62,507 nt of DNA from an uncultured Verrucomicrobia subdivision 3 bacterium (GCA_903888765.1 CAISVF010000322.1:1-62507), one strand, 5' to 3'. Positions 18,087 to 29,164 are shown, counted from the stretch's first letter. Translations and numbers: made by a program. The notes: a model not told the origin generated them from the letters alone.

Positions 18087-18818
18087 TCAGGCGCGGCGCA
18101 GGCAATTGTACTTGAAAATGCACCAGAGCGCCCGGAAGCCATCACGCCAGCCAATTTTTTTGCCTTCCGCGTAGGTACGACCAGAGTAGGATATGGCCAC
18201 CTCGTAAATCCGAACCTTCAGCTTTGCCACTTTAGCCGTGATTTCGGGTTCGAAGCCAAAACGATTTTCCTCGAGTTTGATTTTTTGAATCACCTCTCGC
18301 CGGAACGTTTTGTAACAGGTCTCCATGTCCGTTAAATTCAAGTCGGTGGCCATATTGGAAAGGGTGGTGAGCACCTGATTCCCGACCGAGTGCCAGTAAT
18401 ACAAAACCCGGTGTGCGCCGCTGCCGCCAAAAAAGCGCGAACCAAACACGACATCCGCTTTGCCTGCCAGAATCGGCGTCAGCAACCGGTAGTATTCCCC
18501 GGGGTCGTATTCCAGATCCGCGTCCTGAATAATAACGATGGACGCTGTGGCATGGGAAATTCCAGTGCGCAAGGCCGCGCCTTTGCCCTGATTGACATCA
18601 TGCCGAACCAGCTTGATCCGGGGCTCGTTTAATGCAAGCGGCTGAAGCAAAGCCCACGTACCATCGGTGGAACAATCATCCACGATCACGAGCTGCTCTA
18701 CGGGACGCTGCGCCAGCACGACACGGACGACTTCGGCAAGCGTGGCCGCCTCATTGAAAACCGGCATGACTGCCGTCAGGCAGGGAGCTATATCGGCGTT
18801 GGATCTGGCTTCGGTCAT
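18087..18818 (-). CDS. GT2 polyprenol-phosphate glycosyltransferase (DPM1-like)
   Basis: [30 protein letters not shown] and DMETCYK. Confidence 0.9.
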   Translation of the reverse strand: MTEARSNADIAPCLTAVMPVFNEAATLAEVVRVVLAQRPVEQLVIVDDCSTDGTWALLQPLALNEPRIKLVRHDVNQGKGAALRTGISHATASIVIIQDADLEYDPGEYYRLLTPILAGKADVVFGSRFFGGSGAHRVLYYWHSVGNQVLTTLSNMATDLNLTDMETCYKTFRREVIQKIKLEENRFGFEPEITAKVAKLKVRIYEVAISYSGRTYAEGKKIGWRDGFRALWCIFKYNCLRRA

Positions 18819-18921
18819 GTGCGCAAAAAAGTCGCGCCAAGCTGGCAAAAACCTGCGGCCAATTCAACCTTAATCCATAGTCAAAGGTGACAAACGGCTC
18901 ACATTTTGCCAAAATTCGGCC

Positions 18922-19407
18922 ATGCCATCTTTTGATATTGTCTCGCAAGTAAACTCAATGGAAATTGAGAATGCTGTTAATCAGGCCAAAAAAGAGCTCG
19001 CCAACCGCTTTGATTTCAAGGGCAGCAAGGCGGAAATTGTCCTGGAAAAAACCGAAATCAAGCTCTCCGCCGAGGACGATTACAAGGTCCGAACGCTCAA
19101 CGAAATGGTCATTGGCAAGCTCGCCAAGCGCGGCATCAGCCTGAAAAGCGTCGAACAATGCGATCCTGAAATCTCCCCGCTCGGCCACACCCGGCAATCC
19201 ATCAAGCTTAAGAATGGAATCGAGAGCACGGTGGCCAAGCAGATCACCTCTTTCATTCGCGACGGCAAATTCAAGGTAACCACCCAGATTCAAGGCGACG
19301 AGGTGCGGGTGAACAGCAAAAGCCGCGACGAACTCCAAACCGTCATTGCCGCCGTGAGCACACATGATTTTCCCGTGGCAGTGCAATTCGTAAATTTCCG
19401 CGATTAA
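18922..19407 (+). CDS. yajQ: YajQ family nucleotide/c-di-GMP-binding protein
   Basis: MPSFDIVS, RFDFKGS, IQGDEVRV and QFVNFRD. Confidence 0.95.
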   Translation: MPSFDIVSQVNSMEIENAVNQAKKELANRFDFKGSKAEIVLEKTEIKLSAEDDYKVRTLNEMVIGKLAKRGISLKSVEQCDPEISPLGHTRQSIKLKNGIESTVAKQITSFIRDGKFKVTTQIQGDEVRVNSKSRDELQTVIAAVSTHDFPVAVQFVNFRD

Positions 19408-19524
19408 AAATCGCCCAAGGTAAGCCCGAGAAACTCTGGACTGCAAATCTGCTTGGCGGATTTGGCGGGCAGAGATAGGGAGAGTTTGGAATAATGTGGT
19501 CCTTATCCGCAGAAGGCAGTTTGC

Positions 19525-20817
19525 TTAGCTCATTGCCTTTGCCGCAATGTCACGGCGAAAATGTGCGCCCTCAAAATAGATCTTATCCACAGCGGCATAG
19601 GCAGCGGCTTGGGCGGCGCGCAAATCCTGACCCAGCGCGGTAACGCCAAGCACGCGTCCGCCACTGGTCACAATGTCGTCCCCGGCCCGAGTCGTGCCGG
19701 CATGGAATACCTTGGTGTAAGGCTGAGCGTTGGCCGCGTCAAGACCGCTGATAAGCTTGCCCTTGGCATAATTGCCGGGATAGCCGCCGCTGGCCATGAC
19801 CACGCAAACGCTGGCGAGCGGACTCCATTTCAATTCATGCTGTGACAGGGTGCCGCTGGCGCTGGCGGCCAGGAGTTCCAAGAGATCGCTTTCCAAGCGG
19901 GTGAGATACACCTGCGTTTCAGGATCACCAAAGCGGGCGTTGAACTCGAGAATCTTGGGGCCGTTCTTGGTAAGCATTACGCCGGGATAGAGCAAGCCGC
20001 GATAATCAATGCCCTCGGCCACGCATCCACGCATGAAAGGCTCCAACACCAGGCGCGCGGTCGCGGCAAGTTGAGCGCCATCCAAAAATGGCGTCGGCGA
20101 ATAGGTGCCCATACCGCCTGTATTCAAGCCCTGGTCAGCGTCAAGCGCACGTTTATGATCCTGAGAAGTGGGAAAAATCCGAGCCGTAACGCCGTCGCAA
20201 AGCGCATGCAGGGAAATCTCAATCCCATCGAGAAATTCCTGAATAACCACGTTTGCTCCCGCTACGCCAAACGCTTTGCCAACCATAATTTCGTCCACCG
20301 CCCGCTCCGCCTCAGCCTGATTCGCACAGATGAGAACGCCTTTACCCAGCGCGAGACCGTTGGCCTTCACCACGCATTTGCCATCAAGGGTGGCTGCGAA
20401 GCGCTTGGCGGCGGCAACGTCAGCGAACGTGCCGGCAGCCGCCGTGGGGATGCCGTATTTCTCCATGAATTTCTGGGAGAAAACCTTGGATGACTCAAAT
20501 TGCGCAGCCTTACGGTTCACCCCCCAGATTTTCAAGCCGTGTTGCTGAAATAAATCAACGATGCCCAGCGCCAGCGGATTATCAGGACCAACGATGGTGA
20601 AATCCACTTTTTGTGTTTGCGCGAAAGCGAGCACTTTCGGCAAATCTTCCGCACCGATCTGGACGCATTCGACCGGGGCACCATTTTGGGCGAGCCGTTC
20701 CTGAGCAATCCCCGCGTTGCCTGGCGCACACCACATCTGCGTGACATGTGGCGATTGCGCTAGTTTCCAGACGAGCGCGTGTTCGCGGCCGCCCGAACCA
20801 ATGACTAAAATTTTCAT
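19525..20817 (-). CDS. purD: Phosphoribosylamine-glycine ligase
   Basis: GSGGREHAL, APGNAG, QDHKR, NTGGMG, EFNARFGDPE and GGRVL. Confidence 0.97.
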   Translation of the reverse strand: MKILVIGSGGREHALVWKLAQSPHVTQMWCAPGNAGIAQERLAQNGAPVECVQIGAEDLPKVLAFAQTQKVDFTIVGPDNPLALGIVDLFQQHGLKIWGVNRKAAQFESSKVFSQKFMEKYGIPTAAAGTFADVAAAKRFAATLDGKCVVKANGLALGKGVLICANQAEAERAVDEIMVGKAFGVAGANVVIQEFLDGIEISLHALCDGVTARIFPTSQDHKRALDADQGLNTGGMGTYSPTPFLDGAQLAATARLVLEPFMRGCVAEGIDYRGLLYPGVMLTKNGPKILEFNARFGDPETQVYLTRLESDLLELLAASASGTLSQHELKWSPLASVCVVMASGGYPGNYAKGKLISGLDAANAQPYTKVFHAGTTRAGDDIVTSGGRVLGVTALGQDLRAAQAAAYAAVDKIYFEGAHFRRDIAAKAMS

Positions 20818-20853
20818 GCCTAATTGAAGCAGGAAGCCAGCAGGGAATCAATT

Positions 20854-22692
20854 TTACTGTCCAGCACCGGTTGTCGCCGGCAGCAATTCAATTTCCATGG
20901 TTAGCTTGCCAGACGCCGGCACAACGGTCTTCAGGGTAAGAATGCGAGCCCCGGGATTCGGCTGGTTTACCCCATCCTCCGGCGGTTGGGCGCTGGTGAT
21001 TTCAAAATGTGCGCCAGCAGGTGAAATGATTCTGGCAGCCAATGTCTTGCCTTGCTGGTGGATTAAAGCCCCGGTGTCCTGCAAACTGATTTTGGCATGG
21101 GTGACCATTTGCCAGTTCACCGTAAGACCGGGTTTAGCGGTCGAAATCTCATCCTGAATGCGCACGGCACGGTTATCGCCGAGTCGGAAGTGGCGCAGCA
21201 CGCTGCCCGCCTGTCCGGCATAGAGGGATGATAAATCCACCGTGGCCATTGCAGGCGTGAAGGCGGTAATACGCGCATCGCCAGCGACTCGTTGCAACTG
21301 GCCACCAAGTGTCAGGGTATTGTGGCTAAAGTTATTCAGCCGATAAACGCGCCAGCGGTCGCCTCCCTGGGAGCCATCCCATAATCCCCAACCTTTGGAT
21401 TCGACGGAAAGATATTCCTGCGAACCGAGATCGCACGCCCAACGAACGCCATCGGCATCCAGCACGAAAGAACCAGCATCCATATGCGCGTGGTTGACAC
21501 CCGGCGAACCACCTTTGAAGGCAAGGAACAGGGCATTGCTATCCGTCCACGAACTGCGAAATACACCGACCGGATTGGGTCCATTGCCATGCCACGCCAA
21601 CGGCAATGCGGGCGGTGGAATGTCCTTGGGAAGTCCGGTGGCCCAGAGAGCGAGCAAGGGGGCAAAGCGGTCCGTTTCTGGATTCCTTCGCCGAACCGCC
21701 AGTTTTCGCTGCAACAATTGGTTCTGGAAGCACACCAGAGACGGCTGCTGCAATTTTTTTGCAAACCAGAACAAGGCCGGGTCGAAAGCCAGGCCTTCAC
21801 CGCAATCGGAATAATTAAAGGTCCGGCCCGCTGGACTGGTTTGTTCCACCAAGGCCGAGGCGCTGGCGAGAAAGCCGGGACTGGCTGACAAGTTCCAATC
21901 GGTGCCCAAGGCGGTTTCCAACGCAGAAAGCAAAAGCACCTGATAGGTCGTCCCGTAATTCCAATAGCCGGGTCCCTCAGGATAAATGCCATCGGGGGCA
22001 TAGGGTTTCAAACCGTTTGGATTATTCTTGCGGGCGCGGATTAATAATTCTCGGGCCAGGTCGGGATAATCTTCCGCAACAGCCAGCGCGCCAAGCGAGA
22101 GCCCGCCAAAACAAACCTGATTCCAATTGTTATGTCCTGTCTGCCATCCATTATGTACCGCCAGTCCCGGCTGAATGCCCTTCTCCACCATAGCCTGCCG
22201 GATGACGGCGCGTGTGCTGCCGGACAATGCGTCAAACAACCAGTCATAGCCGAGGGCCATACCGGCGGTCATTTCTGCAGTATCCAGAAAGTGGGGCGGA
22301 TTCCAGTCGGCAAACGCCGCCACGGTGAGCATTTCTGTTTTCGCACGCTCGAGAAAAACACTTTCGCCAGTCACCCGGTACGAAAAACTTAAAATCTCAA
22401 TCCGGCGCATCGCCTCGCGAGAAACTGCCAGTAATCGTTTGCCGTCCTTTTTATAAACCACCGGTGGGACGGCCAAGAGGGATCGGGCATCCGCCACCGA
22501 CCTTGTCAAAATCGCCTCCAGTTCAGGATCGTGCGACCGGTGAAGCTTTAACTGATTCCATGCTCCATTCGTAATGATGAGCCGCGGATGTTCCGGTCTT
22601 AAACCTATTAGAATATCGGAGTTGTCGGTTGCAGCAGCCCATGCGGAACCGCTCGCGATAAAGCCGATTACCAGAAGGAGGGAAAATTTCAT
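20854..22692 (-). CDS. Heparinase II/III-like polysaccharide lyase family protein
   Basis: Signal peptide, HPRL, NNWNQVC, YPEGPGYW, HAHMDAGSF and SHNTL. Confidence 0.8.
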   Translation of the reverse strand: MKFSLLLVIGFIASGSAWAAATDNSDILIGLRPEHPRLIITNGAWNQLKLHRSHDPELEAILTRSVADARSLLAVPPVVYKKDGKRLLAVSREAMRRIEILSFSYRVTGESVFLERAKTEMLTVAAFADWNPPHFLDTAEMTAGMALGYDWLFDALSGSTRAVIRQAMVEKGIQPGLAVHNGWQTGHNNWNQVCFGGLSLGALAVAEDYPDLARELLIRARKNNPNGLKPYAPDGIYPEGPGYWNYGTTYQVLLLSALETALGTDWNLSASPGFLASASALVEQTSPAGRTFNYSDCGEGLAFDPALFWFAKKLQQPSLVCFQNQLLQRKLAVRRRNPETDRFAPLLALWATGLPKDIPPPALPLAWHGNGPNPVGVFRSSWTDSNALFLAFKGGSPGVNHAHMDAGSFVLDADGVRWACDLGSQEYLSVESKGWGLWDGSQGGDRWRVYRLNNFSHNTLTLGGQLQRVAGDARITAFTPAMATVDLSSLYAGQAGSVLRHFRLGDNRAVRIQDEISTAKPGLTVNWQMVTHAKISLQDTGALIHQQGKTLAARIISPAGAHFEITSAQPPEDGVNQPNPGARILTLKTVVPASGKLTMEIELLPATTGAGQ

Positions 22693-22697
22693 GCTGA

Positions 22698-25007
22698 TTA
22701 TTCCAAGTTGGTTCCCAGGATTTTTTCCATGCCACGGGCCACAGAAACTGCCTTTGTCTGATTCCCGTACCGCACGGTTATCCGCCCATCGCCGCTGACA
22801 TTTTTCAGGCTGCCGGAAACCAGTTTGCCCTGCTTCCATATAATGCCGACCTCATAGCCGCCCCGCGCCCGCAAGCCGACAATGCTGCCATTTGGCCAGG
22901 CGGATGGCAGGGCGGGGAGCAATTCAATTTCCCCCGCCTGAGACTGCACGAGCATCTCAGCAATTCCGGCGGTGATACCAAAATTGCCGTCAATCTGCAT
23001 CGGCGGATGCAGCCCAAACAGATTCGGACAGGTATTGCGTGCGGAAAAAAGCTGCTGCAACATTTCATGCGCGTGCTCGGCATCGCGCAAGCGCGCGTAA
23101 AGCGAAGTGCGCCAGGCAAATGACCATTCACGCACGTCACTGCCCGCGTCAATGCCCCGCGCATCCAGCGAAACTTTGGCCGCTTTTGCCAGATCGGGAG
23201 TCTGACTCGCGCTGATCTGGGTTCCCGGATACACCGCGAACAGATGCGACGTGTGGCGGTGATGATCATTGGGATCATCCCGGTCGGTCATCCATTCCTG
23301 AAGTTGCCCCCACTTTCCAATTTGAGGCGTTACCAATCGGTCGCGCAAAGCTGCGATCGTGTCGCGATAATTCGTATCCACCCCGAGCGCATCCGCAGCC
23401 TGGACAAAATGATTGAATAAATCCCAGACTATTTCCTGACTATAGCTGACCCCATCTTCATCCGGGCCGTGCTCCGGCGACCACGCATTGGGCACCACGA
23501 GTTTTCCATTGGGCAAGGTTTTTAAGTGGTCCTGCCAAAAACCGGTGGTTTCCTTGAGAATGGGATACGCAACGGAGCGCAGATACTTAAGATCACGTCC
23601 GAAGGCGTAGTGCTCCCACAAATGCTGACAATACCAGGCATTTGCCGTCTTGTCCCACTTCCATCCCAAGCCGCCGGTGATGTTGTGCGAGGTGCGGATC
23701 GCAAAGCCGCGCCGGGTGAGGTTTCCATCTGCGGTTTTAAAATCTTTGGCTACCGCGGTAGCGGCACGCCAAGCCGGTAATTGGCTGGCCAGCAAATCAA
23801 ACAGCGGAAGGTGGCACTCACCCAGATTCGCCACCTCCGCAGGCCAGTAATTCATCTGGATATTGATGTTGGCATGATAATCTGAATGCCACGGCGGGCT
23901 GTTGTTGTCGTTCCACAAACCCTGTAAATTCGCCGGCAATCCCCCCGGACGCGAACAGGAGATCAGCAAATAGCGTCCGTATTGAAACAACAACGCTTCG
24001 AGTCCCGGGTCCACGGCTTTAAACGCTTGCAGTTTGCGCTGGTCGGTGGGTAAAGCCGTTTGCGCCTCAGAGGACCGGCCGAAGTCTGCGCTAACCCGGT
24101 GAAAAAACTGCTGATAATCCTGAAGGTGTTCGGCTTTCAGGCTAGCGAAGGTTTTTCCCGCCGCCTTATCCAATTGGGCGGTTACCCGGGCATGCGGATC
24201 TTCCCCGTGATAATGTTTGCCGTAATCAAATACATAGTCGGTGCCCGCTGCGACCAGCAGCGTTAGGCTATCGCAGTCTTTGAATTCAATTTGCGCACCG
24301 CTGATTTGACCGGCAATTCCCGGAATTAAATTCACCGCACCGCCTTTATTTATAACGCACAACTGCCACTCGTACTTCATGCCATTGTCCAAAGTGCCGG
24401 TAGCGGTGAGGCGGTTGCCGGCGGTGGAGATTTTTGCCCCGTGCGCATCCGCCAGTTCAATTTTGCCAGAGTAAGCGGATTTTTTATCCGCAGTAAATTG
24501 CGCGGCCAGAATTTCGGCCGGATGGCTGCAAAAAAATTCGCGCTCGAAGTGCACGCCATTCCTTTTGTAGCTGACATGAGAAAGGGCGTTGTCTAATTCC
24601 AAGTCCCTCCGGTAATCCGTTACCTCGCCTGCGCCAACCAAATCCACCATGACATTGCCCATCACTTGATAAGCTCCCATGGTATCGTAATTGCCCGAGG
24701 GATTTTCCCCGCCCGTCCACAAACTGCTTTCATTGACACTGATGCGTTCGCGAGTTGGAGACCCGAAAAGCAGCGCCCCCATCCGTCCGTTACCGATAGG
24801 CAAAGCCTCGTTCATGGCGTGCGACCCCTTGCCGCCACCCATGCCAACCGGAGGCTGACCGGGACTGCTGGTCAGCGGCTCATTTACCAGGCCGCCGACC
24901 GGCTGCTGATACCACATCACTAAATCTGCAGCGGACGCTCTGGCCAGGCAGGTCAAGGTCACCAAAGCAAAAACAGCCACCTTGAGGCGGGAATAAATGT
25001 AATTCAT
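22698..25007 (-). CDS. GH95 alpha-L-fucosidase
   Basis: ALPIGNGRMGA, FQYGRYLLISCSR, NLQGLW, YHANINIQMNYW, HRHTSHL and QIDGNFG. Confidence 0.92.
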   Translation of the reverse strand: MNYIYSRLKVAVFALVTLTCLARASAADLVMWYQQPVGGLVNEPLTSSPGQPPVGMGGGKGSHAMNEALPIGNGRMGALLFGSPTRERISVNESSLWTGGENPSGNYDTMGAYQVMGNVMVDLVGAGEVTDYRRDLELDNALSHVSYKRNGVHFEREFFCSHPAEILAAQFTADKKSAYSGKIELADAHGAKISTAGNRLTATGTLDNGMKYEWQLCVINKGGAVNLIPGIAGQISGAQIEFKDCDSLTLLVAAGTDYVFDYGKHYHGEDPHARVTAQLDKAAGKTFASLKAEHLQDYQQFFHRVSADFGRSSEAQTALPTDQRKLQAFKAVDPGLEALLFQYGRYLLISCSRPGGLPANLQGLWNDNNSPPWHSDYHANINIQMNYWPAEVANLGECHLPLFDLLASQLPAWRAATAVAKDFKTADGNLTRRGFAIRTSHNITGGLGWKWDKTANAWYCQHLWEHYAFGRDLKYLRSVAYPILKETTGFWQDHLKTLPNGKLVVPNAWSPEHGPDEDGVSYSQEIVWDLFNHFVQAADALGVDTNYRDTIAALRDRLVTPQIGKWGQLQEWMTDRDDPNDHHRHTSHLFAVYPGTQISASQTPDLAKAAKVSLDARGIDAGSDVREWSFAWRTSLYARLRDAEHAHEMLQQLFSARNTCPNLFGLHPPMQIDGNFGITAGIAEMLVQSQAGEIELLPALPSAWPNGSIVGLRARGGYEVGIIWKQGKLVSGSLKNVSGDGRITVRYGNQTKAVSVARGMEKILGTNLE

Positions 25008-25021
25008 GCAAAACGTCTTTT

Positions 25022-27274
25022 TTAATCGGCTTGGACTGTACAACCATTGACGATTTCAACGGTCTGAAGTTTCAACAAACTATCGCGCCCGGCAAAATCC
25101 GGTCGCGCCTTCGGCTCCAGGAAAATCGGCGCGTCCTGCCGCAACGGCAGTATTTCCAGCCGGAGGTCACCGGAACCGACTTCCGTGGCATAGCGATTTA
25201 AGCCCAGGTCAAATTCTCTCCCGGCGTAAAAATTATCTGCAATCAACCGGCCATTCAGCGTTAATCGCGCTACGTCGCCGACATAATGAATGCGCAGCAG
25301 CGGATGCAAATTGAAATCCAGTCCCGCTGGCAGTTTGATTTTCCAGATGGCGGCATTGGTAAAATCAGCGTCATTGGGGGCGAGAGCGAGATGGGATTTC
25401 ATGTGCAATGGAATTTCCCGAACCGGACCAGCGGTTTGAAGTAATTCCGCCGCCACCGGGAGAGTAGAAGTTTTTTGCGGCAGTTCAAAAGCCGCCTGGC
25501 CAGCAGCGCTTATTTGCAATTCCAGGGAATCGGCCTCGCTCAATAGTACGATGCGGATTGGGCGGCCGGATCGAGGGTTAAGTGTGATTGCCGCATCCCG
25601 GCTGGTTTTTACTTGGTCAAAACTGGTACTTAGCCCAATACCATCAATCAAGGTGTGCGAATCAAAATCAAACTGAGCGTCCACGCCGGGTGTTTTGGCA
25701 AAGTAAAAGGTGTTACCTGCCCGGCCCACCGGCTGCGCCGTTGCGTAATTTAATATTGCGCCATTGAGGTCGAGATGGAACGGCCAGAAGAAAAATGCGT
25801 CCGCCGGAATCGTTACCGGTTTGGCGGGAAAAACCACTTCGCCACCGGGTAGCTTTAGTTTGAACTGCGCGTTGATCTTCTCAGGCAGCGGTTGGAGGCG
25901 TTGATAATTATTTATAAATACATATCCGCTTTTCCCATCCGAACGCACCGCCCAGCGCAGGGTGTTAAAATCGGTTTTGTCCTTCGGTCGCAAATCGGGC
26001 AGCGTTACAGGCATCTGCGCTAGCACTGCACCGAAACTATGCAGGAATAAATGCAGCCGGCGCAGCCAGTAGTATTGCGGATTGAACTGTCCGAATTCAC
26101 CCAAGGGCGCGTTGAAATCATAGGATTTCACCGGCAAATCGTTGGGGTAGCCGGTCGCCATGGATTCCTGCAAGGTGGAGAGTTTGCCATCGGGATTCTG
26201 TCCGCCATGATACATATAATAGCCAAGCAGACTGCTGCCGCCGCCCAGTTGAGTCAGCACGTTCGCCTCAACATCGCGCGGGTCATAATTCATGCGTCGG
26301 TGATAGGATGCGGGCATGCCGCCGCCGACTTCGCAGGTGAGGTGGGGATATTTTTCCGTCCCGCTAGTGTCGCCGTTCTGGCTCATTGTCAATGTGTCGT
26401 TGCCGATGCCGGTGTCGGTGCGGGTGATGCGGAAGGTGAAATTTTCCCAGGTGGCCCCGTCCATCGCCTGCAGGCTACGGCTCCAAAACCCATCCGGATA
26501 CGCGCCAAAGAGCGGCAATAATTCGCCGAGCGGCACGGGGGTTTTCATCGGCGGCCATCCGGTCTTGATGTAAAGCGGCACGTCAATGCCTGCCTCAATG
26601 GCCATCCTTTTCAGCGCCATCAGATAATTCGGCGAGCCGCCAAATTCGTTATCCACCTGGATGCCGATGACCGGCCCGCCCTCTTTCCAGGTCTCACCCT
26701 GCAGTTGTTTGGAAATTTCACCGTACAGGATTTTGGTGGCGGCGAGAAAATTTGTATCCGCCGAGCGGAGCTTCCAATTTTTGTGCGCCACCACCCAGTC
26801 GGGGAAACCACCATTTCGAACCTCACCGTGGCACCATGGACCGCAGCGCACGACGACTTTCAAACCTAATTCACCACAGGTCTGCACAAACCGTTTCAAA
26901 TCACGCTGGCCGGTCCAATCCCACTGCCCCTCAACCTCCTCGTGGTGAATCCAAAAGACATAAGTGGCCACGATGTCCACGCCGCCCGCTTGCAGCTTGA
27001 GCAGTTCCTCGCGCCACTCGCCGGCCGGCGTGCGGGAGTAATGAAATTCCCCCATTACCGGAAACACCGGCTGACCGTCGAACAGCAGACTGCGGCTGTT
27101 CACTCCGATCTCATGGCCGGCGGGATTTCTGGTCGTGCCGAGTTTGAAATAGCCGATCCCGGCCGGCGGTGGTGTTTGCATGGTAGCGGTGAGAAGTTCC
27201 GCGCGGAGGCTAAGTGAAAAAGTCTGGCTGGCAACCGCCATTGCCAGCAGCAGCATCGAAAAACGAGATTCCAT
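25022..27274 (-). CDS. GH35 beta-galactosidase
   Basis: GEFHYSR, YVFWIHHE, RCGPWCHGE, QVDNEF, YYMYHGG and SYDFNAPLGEFG. Confidence 0.9.
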   Translation of the reverse strand: MESRFSMLLLAMAVASQTFSLSLRAELLTATMQTPPPAGIGYFKLGTTRNPAGHEIGVNSRSLLFDGQPVFPVMGEFHYSRTPAGEWREELLKLQAGGVDIVATYVFWIHHEEVEGQWDWTGQRDLKRFVQTCGELGLKVVVRCGPWCHGEVRNGGFPDWVVAHKNWKLRSADTNFLAATKILYGEISKQLQGETWKEGGPVIGIQVDNEFGGSPNYLMALKRMAIEAGIDVPLYIKTGWPPMKTPVPLGELLPLFGAYPDGFWSRSLQAMDGATWENFTFRITRTDTGIGNDTLTMSQNGDTSGTEKYPHLTCEVGGGMPASYHRRMNYDPRDVEANVLTQLGGGSSLLGYYMYHGGQNPDGKLSTLQESMATGYPNDLPVKSYDFNAPLGEFGQFNPQYYWLRRLHLFLHSFGAVLAQMPVTLPDLRPKDKTDFNTLRWAVRSDGKSGYVFINNYQRLQPLPEKINAQFKLKLPGGEVVFPAKPVTIPADAFFFWPFHLDLNGAILNYATAQPVGRAGNTFYFAKTPGVDAQFDFDSHTLIDGIGLSTSFDQVKTSRDAAITLNPRSGRPIRIVLLSEADSLELQISAAGQAAFELPQKTSTLPVAAELLQTAGPVREIPLHMKSHLALAPNDADFTNAAIWKIKLPAGLDFNLHPLLRIHYVGDVARLTLNGRLIADNFYAGREFDLGLNRYATEVGSGDLRLEILPLRQDAPIFLEPKARPDFAGRDSLLKLQTVEIVNGCTVQAD

Positions 27275-27437
27275 TGGCTGCAGATTACGCGGACGTCACT
27301 GATTTGAAATGAAAAATCTGTCGCCTGCTTGCAGAGGCGTGCCACCTTGGTGGATGCAAAATCTCAATCCAAACCAAGCCCTGTCAATAGCGGCATAGGC
27401 TGATGACTCTCTTGATGAGGCGGAATCCCAACTTGCG

Positions 27438-27471
27438 AAAAGCGGCGTAGCGCTACCGCTCTGCCACCCCA
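27438..27471. repeat. Short palindromic REP-like element
   Basis: aaagcggcgtagcgctaccgctctgccacccc is an intergenic hairpin resembling REP-type repeats. It is single-copy in this window. Confidence 0.35.
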
Positions 27472-27639
27472 AATCAAACCACTCGCGCATCGCCCTTCCT
27501 CGTCATGACTTCACCGAAGATCCAGCCTTCATGCCGCTGTGAGTTGATTTAAAATCGCGCACGGACAAAACCTTCCTTGATTTGCCGGGATAGGAGATTA
27601 ACACTGCCCGGCAAAGCAAAGCATTATCCAATCACCACC

Positions 27640-29145
27640 ATGAATCGCCGCCAATTTCTCAAAGCGACTGCCGCTACCACAGTCGTCGCTGCATTGGCAA
27701 AACGCAGCTATTGTGATACCGCCCGCCCGCTCCCTGCTGCGACACCGCAGAAACTCCCCCGCTGGCGAGGGTTTAATCTGCTGGAAAAATTTCAGAGCGC
27801 CAACAACAAGGCATTTGTCGAAGCGGATTTCGCGTTCATTGCCAATTGGGGGTTTAACTTTGTCCGCCTGCCCATGGACTTCCGATGCTGGGCGAAAACG
27901 CCGGAAGCGGAATTTAACGAGCAGACCATGCAGGAGATTGATCAGGCGCTTGCGTGGGGTGAAAAGTACAAGATTCACGTCTGTATGAATTTTCACCGTG
28001 GCCCCGGCTACTGCGTCAACAGGCGTAAGGGCGAACAGCCGACGCTATGGACCGATGCGTCTGCACAGGAACAATTTGCCCGGCACTGGAATGTGTTTGC
28101 AGCGCGGTATAAAGGGGTGCCAAGCGGTCAACTTAGTTTCAACCTCATCAATGAACCCGGCGACATTGCCGGCGCCGTCTATGCGGCGGCGATCAAGCCA
28201 GCGATCGAGGCCATCCGCGCCGCCGACCCGCACCGGCTGATCATCGCTGACGGCGTTCGCTGGGGCACGAAGCCGGTGCCGGCATTGGTGCCGTTCGGCA
28301 TCGCGCAGAGCACCCGCGGTTACGAGCCGATGCTGGTCAGCCATTACGAAGCGAGCTGGATTTCTCACCAAGGACCGTGGCCCACGCCGGTCTGGCCAGT
28401 ACCCGTCGGCATCAACAACCATCTCTACGGTGACAGCAAACCGGAATTCAAGAGCGCGCTCGTGTTGCAGGTTGAGTGTCCGCAAGCCACGCCGTTCAGC
28501 ATCCGCGTTGGTCATGTTTCAGCGCAAGCCGAACTGGCTGTAAAAGCGGATGGCGCGGCCGTCTTGCAGAAACAATTTCAGCCTGGCCCCGGCGCGGGTG
28601 AATGGAAAAAGTCTGAACCGTCAAGCTGGGGTGGCTACACTGCCGACTACGACCGCGAGTATGCCACAACACTTCCCGCCGGGACGCGAGAGGTGCAGAT
28701 CGCCGTCGGCAAGGGTGACTGGCTGACATTTGCGGAATTACGTTTCGGCGATTCCACCATTGTGCCGGGCAACAGCGACTGGGGGGTGAAACAGGAAATG
28801 TTTATCGTGGACGCTCACGGTGCTCGTCCGGCCAACCCACGGTATTTGCACAGCAAAGAAACGCTTCAGAAAAAAAGGATCGAACCGTGGCAGGCGCTGG
28901 CCGCACAGGGCGTTGGCGTTGTGGTCGGCGAATGGGGTGCCTTCAATCACACGCCGCACGCGGTGGTCCTGGCATGGATGCGCGACTGTCTCGATAACTG
29001 GCGGCCGGCCGGATTCGGCTGGGCGTTGTGGAATTTCCGCGGGCCTTTTGGCGTCCTTGACAGCGAACGTAAAGATGTCGCCTACGAATCTTTTAAAGGG
29101 CACAGACTTGACCGCAAAATGCTGGAACTCCTCCAGCAATATTAG
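27640..29145 (+). CDS. GH5 glycoside hydrolase with Tat signal
   Basis: MNRRQFLK Tat motif, WRGFNL, GFNFVRLP, NEP acid/base, GEWG nucleophile and GWALWN. Confidence 0.9.
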   Translation: MNRRQFLKATAATTVVAALAKRSYCDTARPLPAATPQKLPRWRGFNLLEKFQSANNKAFVEADFAFIANWGFNFVRLPMDFRCWAKTPEAEFNEQTMQEIDQALAWGEKYKIHVCMNFHRGPGYCVNRRKGEQPTLWTDASAQEQFARHWNVFAARYKGVPSGQLSFNLINEPGDIAGAVYAAAIKPAIEAIRAADPHRLIIADGVRWGTKPVPALVPFGIAQSTRGYEPMLVSHYEASWISHQGPWPTPVWPVPVGINNHLYGDSKPEFKSALVLQVECPQATPFSIRVGHVSAQAELAVKADGAAVLQKQFQPGPGAGEWKKSEPSSWGGYTADYDREYATTLPAGTREVQIAVGKGDWLTFAELRFGDSTIVPGNSDWGVKQEMFIVDAHGARPANPRYLHSKETLQKKRIEPWQALAAQGVGVVVGEWGAFNHTPHAVVLAWMRDCLDNWRPAGFGWALWNFRGPFGVLDSERKDVAYESFKGHRLDRKMLELLQQY

Positions 29146-29164
29146 GCAAAAGCAGAGCGTCCGA

